From contig JAVKOQ020000051.1 in NCBI GenBank assembly GCA_031835245.2, positions 62,001 to 126,000 on the forward strand: a stretch of 64,000 bases of DNA, read 5' to 3'. Below the pieces are notes generated by a model that saw nothing but the letters and a program-made list of their open reading frames with translations, was not told where the DNA came from and searched no databases. This stretch comes from Balamuthia mandrillaris (taxonomy: Eukaryota). Positions 10,072 to 22,593 of this stretch are shown piece by piece (positions within the stretch are counted from its first letter, which is position 1; each line of letters begins with the position of its first letter). Position numbers and translations under genes: made by a program.

Positions 10072-12266
10072 ATGTCTACTCTGGGCAAGAACCTCGGTAG
10101 GAAGCGTACTCAGGTTTGTCAGTCTGAAAAAAAAAATAAAAAATTGTGTTGAGCAAAACGAGAGGTAACGCTTAAACAATGTTATATATAGATAGCCGGG
10201 TTGTTCACCCATACGGAGCAGGACGAAGAGTACGCAGCTGGAAGGGAACGCTTTGAGAAGCTGCACAAGAGCGTGGAGGTCATCGAGAGGAAGTTGCGAA
10301 AGTTCATCAAAGTGGTTGATGGTAACGGTAACAACGCTGTTTCTTTCTTCTCTTTAACATTCATTTTTTATTTTTTTTGCAGAGATCGGTAAACCGATGC
10401 TTAAACTGGGACAAAGCTTCCAGTCCTTCTACGGCGAGTTGGACAGCAACCAACACGCCACCAAATACATCACAACAACAAACCGGATCAGCGAGGCTGC
10501 TAAAACCTTTACCGTTCGTTTTTTCTTCTTTTTTTTTTAATTTTTGAAGTTAACGTTCTCTTTCTTTCTTTCTTTCTTGCCATTTCTTTCTTTCTTTCTT
10601 TCTTTCGTTTTTGTTTTTCCTGTTTCTGCTGTGCGTTTAAAAAACAACTCGATAGTTGAGCATGCATGAGCTCTGTGCTGATGTTCATGTGTTGTCCAAA
10701 ACGATGACCCAGATACGGGTACTCACTCGCCCTCCTTATTTCGTTCTTCGTTCTTCTCTCCCCTCGTCTCCTCTCTTCGCGTCTCTCTCCTTCTCTTCTC
10801 CTTCTCTTCTCCTTCTCTCTTCTTTTCAACAAAACTAACAAAAAAAATGAGCGCAGAAGTCAATAACGGAGAGAGATGATGCTTTAGTGGAATATACGCG
10901 AGCTGACAACAATCTCAAAGCCATCCTCAAGAAAGAAGAGCCAACCCACCCGAAAGCCAACAAGGTACCTTACCTTTGCTCTTCTGCTCACCGCAACACC
11001 ATAAACTAACAACACATAAACCAAAAAGGCTCAACTGAAGCATCAGGAATGCAAAGTAAGATACGAAAACTTGAACAGCGAGTTGAAGAGCAAGTTTGCA
11101 GACTATGACTCCAACCGCGCCATCCACATCCAGTCCTACTTTGCTAAGGTTTTTAAACTCTTGTCTCTTATGTGTCTTCTTCTTTCTTCCTTTCTTCCCT
11201 TCTCCTCTTCTTGTGAATTCTAAACTTGAACAAACCAGTTGGTAAAGATCCAAGCCCGCTTCTTCTCCATAGCAGCAAAGGCATGCGAAGACCTGGAATC
11301 CCAAACTTCTGATTCTCCTTCTTCTTCTCTTCGTTCGTCTTCTCCTACTACTTCTGCTTCTCCTTCTCCTCGACCTCAACACCCTTCTTTACCTTCTCCT
11401 CGTTCACAAACCATAGCTTCTCCTTCGCCTTCGCCTTCGCCTTTTGCTGTTGCTCCGGCTTCCTTGTCTTCTTCGCAACATCCAAGCGACCCAATTTCCA
11501 ACGATGCCTTCCCCACCGCTCCAAACGTGAACCCCTATTACAGCGGGGGAGGCATGGCCAGCCGGAAAGAAAGGAGGAAGTCATGGGACTCGCCTCGCTC
11601 TTCTCGACGTTTTGAGCCAGAGCAACTCGATAGCAGCCAACCGGATGAATCCTATTCTCCTTCGCCTTCTCCTCCTTCTTATAAGTCTACCGCTCCTTTG
11701 GTTCCTCCTTTGCCTCAACTTCCGCAACAACCTCCTCAACAACAACAACAACATTCGTTTTCTCCTTCTTCTTCTTCCTCACAACGAATGCCATCGCCTC
11801 GAAGAGAGGCTCCTCTTCCACAACCTCCTTCTCCTCATCGACCACCCCAACCACAGCCACAACCACACCCCTATCGAAACTCAACCACAGTAGCGGCTGC
11901 AGCAATGCCGGCATACCCTCCACCACCTAGACGAGAACCCCCTCCTCGCCCTCCTCGTCGCAACACCACCCTCGGTCACATGTGATCTTCTTCTTCTTCT
12001 TCTCCAGAGTTTCCCTCTCTTCTCCTCCTCCTCGCTTCATCTCTCGCCTCTCTCTTCTCCTCCGTCCCCTTTCTTCTCTCTCCTCCTCGCTTCATCTCTC
12101 GCCTCTCTCTCTTCTCCTCCACCCCCTTTCTTCTCTCTCCTCCTCCTCCTTTTCTGCTCTCTCGGCTGGAAGGAATGGAGGAGGCGGAGGAGCAGGAGGA
12201 GGGGATCATCATATGGCCTATAACGATTGGAATGAAGAAGAGAGCAATTCCAAAGAAAGTTGGTGA
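10072..12266 (+). CDS. BAR-domain protein, paralogue 3 (more divergent). Ends at 11985, or at 12266 if intron 11982-12172 is spliced
   Basis: AGLFTHTEQDEEY, ERDDALVEYTRADNNLK, RYENLNSELKSKFADYD, RRKSWDSPR and EPPPRPPRR are all shared with paralogues 1 and 2. Confidence 0.75.
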
Positions 12267-12438
12267 GAAAGTGACGACAATATGAGAGAGGACAGACGGC
12301 ATCCACCTTGAAACTCGACAACCGACCAATCCTTTATAAACGCGCACAAAGCGGCTTCTTCTTCTTCCTTCTTCTACTGCACTTTTATTATTTGTTTTTT
12401 AACAGTTCAACAACAACAAACGTGAATACACACAAAAA

Positions 12439-13052
12439 ATGATCGGAGGAGACAGATTGGAATACAGAGAAAGGCGAGAGATGAGCAACAAGGCGGGGCT
12501 GTTCTCCTTGCACGTCGTCAGCTTCCTGCTCACCATCCTTGCCAGCATCCTTCTCATTGCTGGTATGTATTTTTTCGCAATCAACAAAAAAAAATGATTA
12601 AAAATTTTTTAATCAAAAACACTTTTCATTAACAAAAATCAAAATTTAAATGTTTAACAACAGACTACTACAAATACCTCTCTGGGCGCAGGTACGCTCC
12701 CATGGCCGAGTTTCACATCTGGCTGCTGGTGGCCGGGTCGGTCTTCCTCCAGCTGCTCCACCTGGGGCTCTTCACGTGGAGGGGCATGATGGCGGGCACG
12801 GTGGACCTCCTCCAGATGCTCAACGTCCTCTCGGCCAGCGTCTGGCTCAACTTCTTCATGTACGGCGTGGGCGTGCGGCGCCAGTGGGAGTCCAAGGCGG
12901 CCAACGTCTTCCTGGCCGGCTCCCTGCTGGGCCTCATCTCCCTCTTCCTCCTGCTGGTGGTCAACAGCTTTGCCAAGTATGGGGCCAGGAGGCAGGCCCT
13001 TGGCTACGACGAGTATCAACCCTTGGCCGCTGGTGCTCCCGCTAGAGACTAA
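12439..13052 (+). CDS. Small four-transmembrane protein of unknown function, 2 exons (intron 12563-12663)
   Basis: Four hydrophobic segments, GC-rich coding-like codon usage, in-frame GT-AG intron, C-terminal YQPL motif. Confidence 0.75.
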
Positions 13053-13094
13053 AACGGGAAGAATGTGTTCATTTGTTCATAGCGACGAAGAAGG

Positions 13095-13138
<44 letters not shown>

Positions 13139-13223
13139 AATAGAATAAAGTGGAGCATATATATGCTTCCTTTTTTAAAGAAACCGATGCAGAGCATTTT
13201 TTTTTAAACTGTGTTGTGTCCTT

Positions 13224-13261
<38 letters not shown>

Positions 13262-13391
13262 GTTAACTGGTAGAAACAACAAGGCGGAGAAACAACCCTA
13301 AGTGCATACATAAAGTTTCATTCATGGACATATAGAATGAGGGGGTGGCAACAGAAAAGACACAAGGAGAGACCAATGATGGGTGTGCGTG

Positions 13392-13609
13392 CTACCAAAG
13401 TCGTGCGCTTTGAACTTGTTTCAAGGAGGACACGTCGGAGCGAAGGATCTCGCCGTCCAATCTTTGGTTGAGGAAGACGTTGTTCAGATGGTTGTACACT
13501 CTTTCCTCCAACCGCAACGGCTTTCCTCTTCGGAATGATACATCCTTTTTATTTAACGACAAAAGAAACGAACGACATTAATGCAAAGACTTGCAGAAAC
13601 GGAAGAGAG

Positions 13610-13688
<79 letters not shown>

Positions 13689-13695
13689 AGAGATG

Positions 13696-13735
<40 letters not shown>

Positions 13736-16700
13736 AGGATAACGGACCTCTTCACCAAATTGGTCGAGATAAGGGGAGCCCCAAATACAAGCCTTTTCGT
13801 CGCTAATAAGAAGCACTCCCGATGTGCGAACCAACAAAAACATGCCAGTGCCTCCTCCGCACGATACCGCATGCTACGCGAAGGTGTAAGCAAGCAATAG
13901 ATACAAAAAACGACGCATAACACTAAAACAGATAGAATAGATAGAATCATACCTCAAAACATTCGCCAACATCAAAAGTGCAACAAGGACTATGAGCGCA
14001 CAAATAATCGGCACAAATGAGACACACCGCGGCCTTCTTCGGAACGGTTCCACAACGAGGGCACGTCTCGTGAAGATAAGCGTGAAACAAGTCTTGGAAG
14101 AGTTTTGGCGGTTTAACGAGACCGATTGGAGGCCGTAATGCCAATTCTTGGGTTGCGAAGATCTTCCTAGCGTTGACGTAGCGCTGTATAAATGTGATAA
14201 AATCTTCTTCCTCTTCTTCTGCAACGTCTGTGCGTCCTTTAGTTTTCTCTTCTTTCTTCTTTTGTGTCTGTTCTTTTAAGTCTTCTTCCTCTTGTTCTTC
14301 CTCTTCCTCTTTCTCTTCTTGCACTTCTTCGGTGGCTATTCTTGCTTCTTCGAGAACAATGTCCATTTCATGTTGATGAAGTTTTTCATCTTCGAGTCTA
14401 TCTTGCACTACTGCTTTTCTTTCCAACAGCATTTCCTTCAAGAATCGATGTATCCAATCGTCAGCAATTGAGTGAAACGCAACTGGGCTAGTCTTGAACA
14501 AATCGTCTAAATCAGAAGGTAAATGAAGAACTTCACAAAGACGTTCAAACGTTTCTTCAACTCTGTTTTCTTCTTGTTCCTGGTTTCCTTCTTCCTCTTC
14601 TTCACCGCTTGGAGAAGCAGTCAGTTTTGAGTCGTGTGCTAAGAAGACTGGAGGATGATCGTTCCATGCTTGAAAGAAGAAGAACACTTGACGAAGGAAA
14701 GGAACGCATTGTCGCTTCACTGTCTGGCGCAGTTCTTCTGCGTTGATGGAAGACGTTCTGTTTTGATCTCCAAAGCAGAGAGCAATATGTTGATAGCAGG
14801 AGAGAAGAGATTCCAGTGGAGCCACTGTTGGTCGGTGGCTCGTTGGTGGTGGCGATACTGCACCTAAACTTGCTGGTTAGTTATAAACGTAAATATTTAA
14901 GCAGGGTTAATATTAAAATGAGAAACAAACCAAAACATAAACAGAGAAGAAAAGAAAGGAACCTTGTTGCAGATAAACACAAAGAAGACACTGCACCACA
15001 TAGCAACTGTAAAATAAGCACAATATAGGCGAAAAAGCAGACAGTGGTTCTTCCAGTTCATCTTCCTCGTCTTTCGCTTGCAAAGCATTACGTAACACGC
15101 AGCACAACACCATGGTATCAAAGATGTTAGTGCACAAGACTGGCAAACTCATCCTCTGTAATACAGAGTGGCTACAAGAAGAGAATGGCTCTGGTGCGCT
15201 CAAACCCTTTAAATTGTTATTACAACAGTAAGAATAAAAATAGAAGAGAGAAGCGTGAAGAGAGGAGGAGGAGAGAAGGCAAGAGTAACAAACCATTGAG
15301 TAAGACAACAGTGCCAGGCAACGAAGCATGTTGGATTCATCAATAGAAGAGGTGAAGGAGGCAACAACATTGCAGAAGTCTTTGAGAGTGTTCAGCTGAA
15401 TAGGTTTCAGTTGAGGTATCATTGTTGATGATTGATGTACTTGCGCTCCATCTTTTGCAAGCAGAGAAAAGTGAGCATAAATAGAGAGAACAGAAAACGA
15501 TCAGACAGTGTATTTACCAGATAGCATGGATGCAAGCGCAAGGTCTAAGGCCGCAACGTCGTAGGAGAACAGATGGCACAGATAAAGAGCCATTCTTAGC
15601 TCTTCTTTGCGCCGTCTCTCCACCGTTCTTTCCTCTCTCTTTGTATCTCCTTCGCTACTATTGCCACCAAATGCAGAGCCAAACAAAGAAGTGACAGAAG
15701 AAAACGGTGAAGAAGCTGTCTCATCTTCTTGTCCTCGTTCTTGATCAGCAGAAGATGAAGGAGCAGATGAAGAAGGAAGAGAAGAAGAGAGTCGCATGAA
15801 AGAAGGAATGGCCAACTTTCGATATTTACAAATGCTTTCTATCTGTCTTCCGAACACATAAAGGTGTTGTTTCATCCATTGTTCTTCTTCATGAGTAGAA
15901 GTGGAAGAGGCAGAACTCGATTCTTCTTCTGTGTGTTCTCTTTCCCGAAGGCCACTCAGCAATCCTCTTTCGAGAGTATTGTCTAACCACTTTGCAGCAA
16001 ATTCTGAACTCCACCTCGTATCTTCTTTCTCTTTCTCTTTCTCTTTCTCTTTCTTCGCTTGATTACGCTTGAAATAACGAGAAGGAGAAAGGGGAATGAG
16101 AACGTTGGAGAATTGACGACATTGAGGGCACCAGTATTCCTTTAAGTTGCGATTGAGAGACATTTCCAGAGCAGAAAACAGGTCGGTTGCTTGGCGGCGT
16201 GTTTGGAGGTAGTTCTCGAAGCATCGCACGTGTATTACGTGACCACAAGAGTAAATCTGAGATCCAATTCGCACGTGACTTCTCCACAAATTCTTTGCAG
16301 CATCACGAAGATTCTTTTCGTCACTTTTTCTAGCATTCGATACGTGTTTACGTTCTTGAGGTTGTTGCTTATCGCTTGAGGTTTCTTCTTCTGCTCGGGT
16401 GAACAAATCTTCCATTTGCTGCTCCCATTCTTGTTGATAGATTTCATCTTCTAGGTGTTGTTCTTCGTCATCAACGACTTCTTCGTTTTCTTCGTTTTCT
16501 TCTTCATCTTCTTCGTCCTCTTCCTCTCTTCGTCCTCGAACTCTATCCAAGAAAGACCAAAACGATTGCAGCAATTGAGGTTGAGCTAATCCTTCCAGTC
16601 CTGCTTCCAACTCCCGGGCGATGTCGAGTCCTTCCTGAACTTCCGACCGAAAGTTGTCTTCCAATTCCTCCATCTCTACAAATTCATCCGCATCTACCAT

Positions 16701-18707
16701 TTCATCCTCGAGATAATCCCTTGTGCTCTCTTCTGTTTCTTCTTTCTCTTCTTCCTCGCTTCTTGTTTTGGTCTTTTTGGCTCTTTTGGCTTCATTTTGA
16801 CTAGCTGGCGTTTCAGTTTTTTCCTTTCCTTTCAACTCTTTTTCTTCTTCTTTTGTTCCTTTGACCGTTATCGCTTTCGCTGTCAACCTATTCGCGAGGT
16901 TCAGCAATCTACTACGTTTGCATACTCCAATGAGGCCAAGAGGATTGTCCTCGTAGGGAAGTTTGACTTCTCTACAGAGACAACACTCTACTTTGTTGTG
17001 ATGACTGGCCAATGCAGGTCTTGCAACAGCCATTGCGTCACCTTCCTGAACTTCCTCCCCAACATCTGAAGAACAAAAGATGGCATGAGAAGGGACATTA
17101 GAATAAACAATAAAATATTTGTACCTTCGATCCCTCCCATGCTTTGTTTGAAGGCTTGCCTCGATTTCTCCATCTGAGCGAGAATTCTGGCTCTTGCTCT
17201 TTCTCTGGCCGCTTTCTTAGCGCTCTCTGCATCTTCTTCTGCTGGTTGAAGCACACGTTGAATGTAATTCTGAGCAGAGACATCACATTCTCCGATCATT
17301 TCGAGCGTCTTCTTGATGAGCTCGTGCTTGTCTTTCAACTCTGCCACTTGACTCAACTTGAGCAAAATGTCTGTGAACGAGAAAGTAAGAGAGTGTAGAT
17401 AAAATCGGCAAGCTCTCTAGCATTTCTAAGAGAAAGAGAATGTACCTAGCATTGATGTGGCTGCCTGCTTTTCGTTTACAGTAGAGAAACGAATCTCATG
17501 CTTGAGCTTTGCTATCACGTCCTCCTTTGGAAAACGTAACTCCCGCCAAGAAGTACCTTCTGGAATCCCAGAAGGAGGAGACGAAGAAGAAGAGGTATTC
17601 TCGTCTTTTGTTGTTGGAGGAGGAGACGGCCCAGCTGATCCTTTACATTTTACCATCAAATAAAGATAACGTAAGCTGTAATCCAACAAATAGTCCGAAA
17701 CGAGCCGCTTGTTGTTGCTGCTCTCTTCTGAACGGTCTTCGGAGGGTGAGAGGTAAACCAAAGAAGCGTTATACAAGACCGTAAACAGGATCGAGAAAAC
17801 AGCGTTCGAGTTCAACAACAAATCATCATGGATGCGTTCAAACATCAAGTACGGACGAGCAGGAGCTCGAATCGGAAGAATGGATCCCTTTTTGGCTGCT
17901 GTTGCATCTTCCAGAGCGGCAGAGAAGTTGGCCGCTGCTTTTTGGAAGTTCTCAGCGGCAGAACTCAGGTGTTGCCTGCTGAAATGAGGGAAACAGGGAT
18001 CGAACTCGGCCCAACATCTGCGTACAAACATTAAAACGAGATATAAGTAAAAAAGACAAGAAAGAAAACGAAAAAGGAACAAACAGCAATTAAATGAGCA
18101 AGAAGACATACTCAGGTTTGAGGCTATAACATCCTTGCTTTCCCACTCTTGGTGGGATGTAATCGGCAATCTCTCCCAAAGTGGCCTCTATTCTCTCCGA
18201 GCTGAATACCTCATCAAACTCGCTGCGATACTTGAGCTTATCCACAAGTTGGCTGTGAGGTAGATCTTTGACAGCCAACCAGTGGATCAGCTGTCGACGA
18301 AGATTGTTCTCGGCGCTGATGCTGGTGCGATTGGTTGCTATCGATAAGATAAAGCGAAGAAACTCTTCAGCAACGATGAGTGTAGCATCTGTGTCATCCT
18401 GTTTATGTGTGAGGGAGGGAGAGAATGTAAGTATGTAGAAAAAAGAAGCCATAATAAATAAAGTTTGTTAACCTGTGATAAAACAGAGGCACCGTCGATG
18501 ACAAACCAATCGGAGAGTTCGAATCTATCGAGAGCTAGTGCGAGAAAGTTATTGCTTCCAAGCAGGATGGCAGCACACTGAATGGCTAAGATATCCAAGT
18601 CCAAAGCATCTCCAAACATGAAACTGCTCTTATACAAGCTATATGTCCTATTTGGTTAACGTATGTGAGTGGGTTGTGATTGTGCGTTTTATCGTTGGCT
18701 CTCCTTC

Positions 18708-18743
<36 letters not shown>

Positions 18744-21607
18744 TACCAATGCAAATACACTCACCCCCAAATCGTTTGGGCTCCGTTCTTGTTCCAAAGA
18801 CCAGCTTGTATCTGGGCAAACAATGCGTGGCAACGCAATGGTTGTTCCAGGAATCTAATCACATCTTCAATGGTTGCACCTGCAGAAGTAGTAGTAAGCT
18901 CTTTGCTTGTGCCGGTTGTCGCTTGGTCCTTCTCTTTGCCTTTTTCCTCTGTCGCTTCTTCCTCCGTTCGGTTTGGTTCTTGTTTTTGCTTCTCCCCACC
19001 AAAGAAAAGCTCTTCCAACGAGATGTGCAAATGAGACTCGCTTTCCACTTCAGTGCCGAAACGTGCCAAACTCCTCTTCAAACTTTTGAGCTGGTCTTCA
19101 TCGCTCTGTTGATTGGCGCTGTGGTAGTTGCTTCGTAGATGGTGTGGCTTCAGCCGTTCTCTACAGCCGATTTCGAAGAGAAACGCGGAGAGCATCCGAT
19201 GAAGAGAGATATGAACAGAAACCGGATTTTGAAGTAGCGAATAGGAAAGAGCAGGAATGGTCTTTTGAGGGTGTTGATGCTCGAGTTCCATCATCCCTTC
19301 TTGATCATTTCTTTCATCTTCGATGACGACTTGAGGAACAGGGAGGCGCTTCCATTCTACATCATCGCTGTCATAGCAACGTTCGATGGCAGCCAAACAC
19401 TGTCGAATGACGTGTTTCGTTCTAAGAAAGGGTTGGCTGTGCTCGAAGAAATGAGATTTGCCGTCGTATGTGATCAAGTGCTTACGCAATGAGGAGCTGA
19501 CAAACGGAATACAATTTAGAAGCTGCAACTCAATGAAATAAGCGTTTCTGTTGTTACAAAATAATTCAATGTATAAATCAGATAAAATAGAAGTTAGATA
19601 ACTACACAGAAAGAAGAGAGCAACGTTAACAAGAAAGTACCTCCATTCCTCTGTTTCGTAGGCAACGTGCTCATGTTTCTGGTGTCGTAACTCTCCCATG
19701 TCTTGAAAGTAGGAAAGCAAAGACAACCACTTGTCGTAGAGATTGTTGCCCTTAAACAAAAGAAACCGAGCCACTTTGCTGTACTTCAGCGCTTGTTCAA
19801 AGTCGGAACAGATTCTGGTGAAAGGAGACTCGTCTCTTGACAAAAGATTGCTTCTACACTCTACCACTAATCTCCCTTTCTCTTTCTTGCTTTCCGTCGT
19901 AGAGGTGGCTCGGGTGCTTTCGTTCGCCACTTCTTCCTCCTCTTCTTCCTCTTCTTTCTTGAGACGGGGAGAAAAATCCGTGGGGTGCTGTGAAGAGTGT
20001 TGTCTTGCTTCCACCATTTGCTCTAGTAGTTCAGCTTCTTCTGGAACTGCCTCCACCTGCTCCGTCATTTCTTCTACGCGCCGTTGTCGTTCCAATTCTC
20101 GTTCTCGTCTTGTTTCAGGCCCGTCTTCTTCTACCTCTACTTCTGCTTCCTCTTCCTCTTCTCCTCCTTCTACCTCTGCTGAAACTGCAGCAGTAGAAGA
20201 AGCTGTCAATTCTCTTTTTTGTGGTTTCTTCAAAACGGAGTATTCTTCAACCAAAAGGATGATGAGGTTCAGCAGCGTGTTTAATAGTTTATCTTGTTTT
20301 GTGATGGAAACGACCAGACTTTCGATGTTGAAGAGCTGAGCTCCTAACGTGGTCAAGATTCTGTCCATCTGTCTCGTTTTACCAGAATGTAACGAACTCA
20401 GGAACAGCATTCCATAGTTCTGAACGTATCGATGGGCAAAGGTAGCCTTTTCACAAGACGAGAGGTATAAGCAAGAGAGTGAGGAAGTGAGAACAGGGTA
20501 TAGAAGAGAACGCATATGAGCAGCTTGTACCTTGAACGAAGGTTCATAGAGGCAATCCATGCACAACATCATACAAGAATTGGATAGTGTATCTTTGGGC
20601 TCTTCATCAGAATCTTCCTTCTTTTCGTCTCTCTCCATATGACAGCAAGCTCGCAGCAACAAGTCAATGATGGTGGCTTGAGGGATGGTTATCTTTTTTG
20701 TCAAGGAAATTTCTGCTGGTGTTTTTTGTTTACTTTCAGCTTCTTCGTCTAGTTGTTTCTTGCTTACGTCCTGTTCTTGTGTCAAGTTCACAACCACCTC
20801 AGCAACAATCCGTCGTGGTATATCTCCATAAGAACAAACTGAGTGGTAGCCGCAAGTTAGAAATGAGACAAACGGAAGAAAAGAGGATGGAGAGGACGGA
20901 TGAGAGAAGAAGCAGACCTTTATGAAGCCACAACAACAGCGTAATGAGTTTACGAGAATCTCTGCGGTTCTGTTTTGTTCTCGAGAAGCTTAAATATTGT
21001 TTCTATGCAAGAGAATGAACAACGTGAGAAAAAAGAATAAATAACTGACAAAAAAATAGCCATAGATAGATACCAAATATCTTTGTAATAACCGCAACGC
21101 GGTCAGAATAAGTTCCCTGGCAACATCTTGCGAAAAGTTCTGCAGCTGCGCCTGGGCTTGAGCACCGTGGTCGCTGCAGAAGCCTTTCGGATTCCACGCC
21201 TCTGGGTCGCCACAGTCACAACACCCGCTACATTAAGATAGTCATGAAATGTGCATTACTATATAGTAGAATGAACCAAAAGAAAGAAAAGAGCAAGCAA
21301 GAAACAAGAAGCGAGAAGCAAGAGGCTGGAAGAGAATGTGTACCCATAACCGGAGGAGTAAAGACGATAGTCATGGCCTTCATGCTAAAAAAAAAGTGAG
21401 ACGGTGGTGAAGAAAGCTCACATAAAACAAACTACGTTGGCATTTACTACTCACGTTACCCTTCTGAAAGCAGTCCACGCATATGCAACTGTTTGGCGTC
21501 ACTTGACTGTACGCAAGTGCGTGTCAACAACAAACGCAAACCATAAAAGAAAGAAAGACAGAGCGATGAAGCGAAGAGAAGAGCGAAAAGAGTGGCTGAA
21601 GGAGAGA

Positions 21608-21648
<41 letters not shown>

Positions 21649-22088
21649 AGAAGGAGAAGGAGTGACGAGAGAGAGAAGGAGAGAGAGAAGGAGGGAGGGA
21701 GGGAGAGAGAGAGAGAGAGAGAGAGAGCAGACCAATTTTTGCAGCGATAGGCCATATGTCCACTGCCCCAAATCTTGCCACACACGCTGGACTGTTTCTG
21801 CTGCGGCGGGTTTCCCTTGAACATGGCCCTCAGGCAGTGCTCCAACGTTTGAGAGAGCAGCGAGGTGCTGGCAGTGGGCCTCGCCATGAGCGAGTGGCGC
21901 CGTTTCTGTTTGCCTCCCTGTTGCTCCTCCCCTTCCTCCTCTTTCTCCACCTCCTCCTCCTGCCTGCTCATCATGGCGGAGGAGAGCATGGCCTTGAGCA
22001 TCACCGTAGGAAGGCCCTCCTCCCCTTCTTCCTCCATGAAGAGCGCTGAAGCAGAAGAAGAAGAGCTTGCTTCCCGCTCCCAATCCAT
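13392..22088 (-). CDS. UBR1: UBR1/UBR2-like N-recognin E3 ubiquitin ligase, multi-exon
   Basis: UBR box CGKIW..AYRCKNC..SCICVDCF..HEGHDY..GGCCDCGDPEAW..FCSDH; QIQAGLWNKNG; LRRQLIHWLA; RING CCLC...SCGHVIHVRC...CPQCRQFSNVLIP; C-terminal SPYLDQFGEED..RRGKPLRL. Confidence 0.95.
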
Positions 22089-22515
22089 CACCAAATTATA
22101 ATCTTTTTTTTAAAAAAAAATACAGATGAGACAAAAGAGGTTGTTGATTCAATCTTTGGAGGAAGAAGAAGAAAACAACACGTACGTTTGAGGCAGAGAG
22201 AGCGAGTTTCTTTCGAGCTAATCTTCTTTAAAATATATTTTAATTACTTTATTTCATATTTTTTTTGATTGGGTTTGGAACATGGTGAGCGACCATTTCT
22301 TGTCTGCCGTGATCCCCCTGTTATTCAGTGGACAGAAGCAGCGATAGAGAGACGGCGAGTTTTCCGTTTGTTTTTGTCCGTTTTTCGTTCGGTTGGCCCT
22401 CGCTTTCTTCCCTTCGCATGGCGCATAAAACATGCTATATGCGCACGTGCAGCAAACAATAAAAAACTATATACCGCTTGGTGGTCCTTTACTAACATGA
22501 TCTATCACTTACAAT

Positions 22516-22553
<38 letters not shown>

Positions 22554-22593
22554 GTTCTCTTCTCTTGGATATTCCTTCCTTTCCTTCTTCTCT

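Noticed and set aside
2726..22088. Functional ubiquitin-pathway cluster (E2, F-box, UBR1)
   Set aside because: These families are large and unrelated genes lie between them, so nothing supports linkage.
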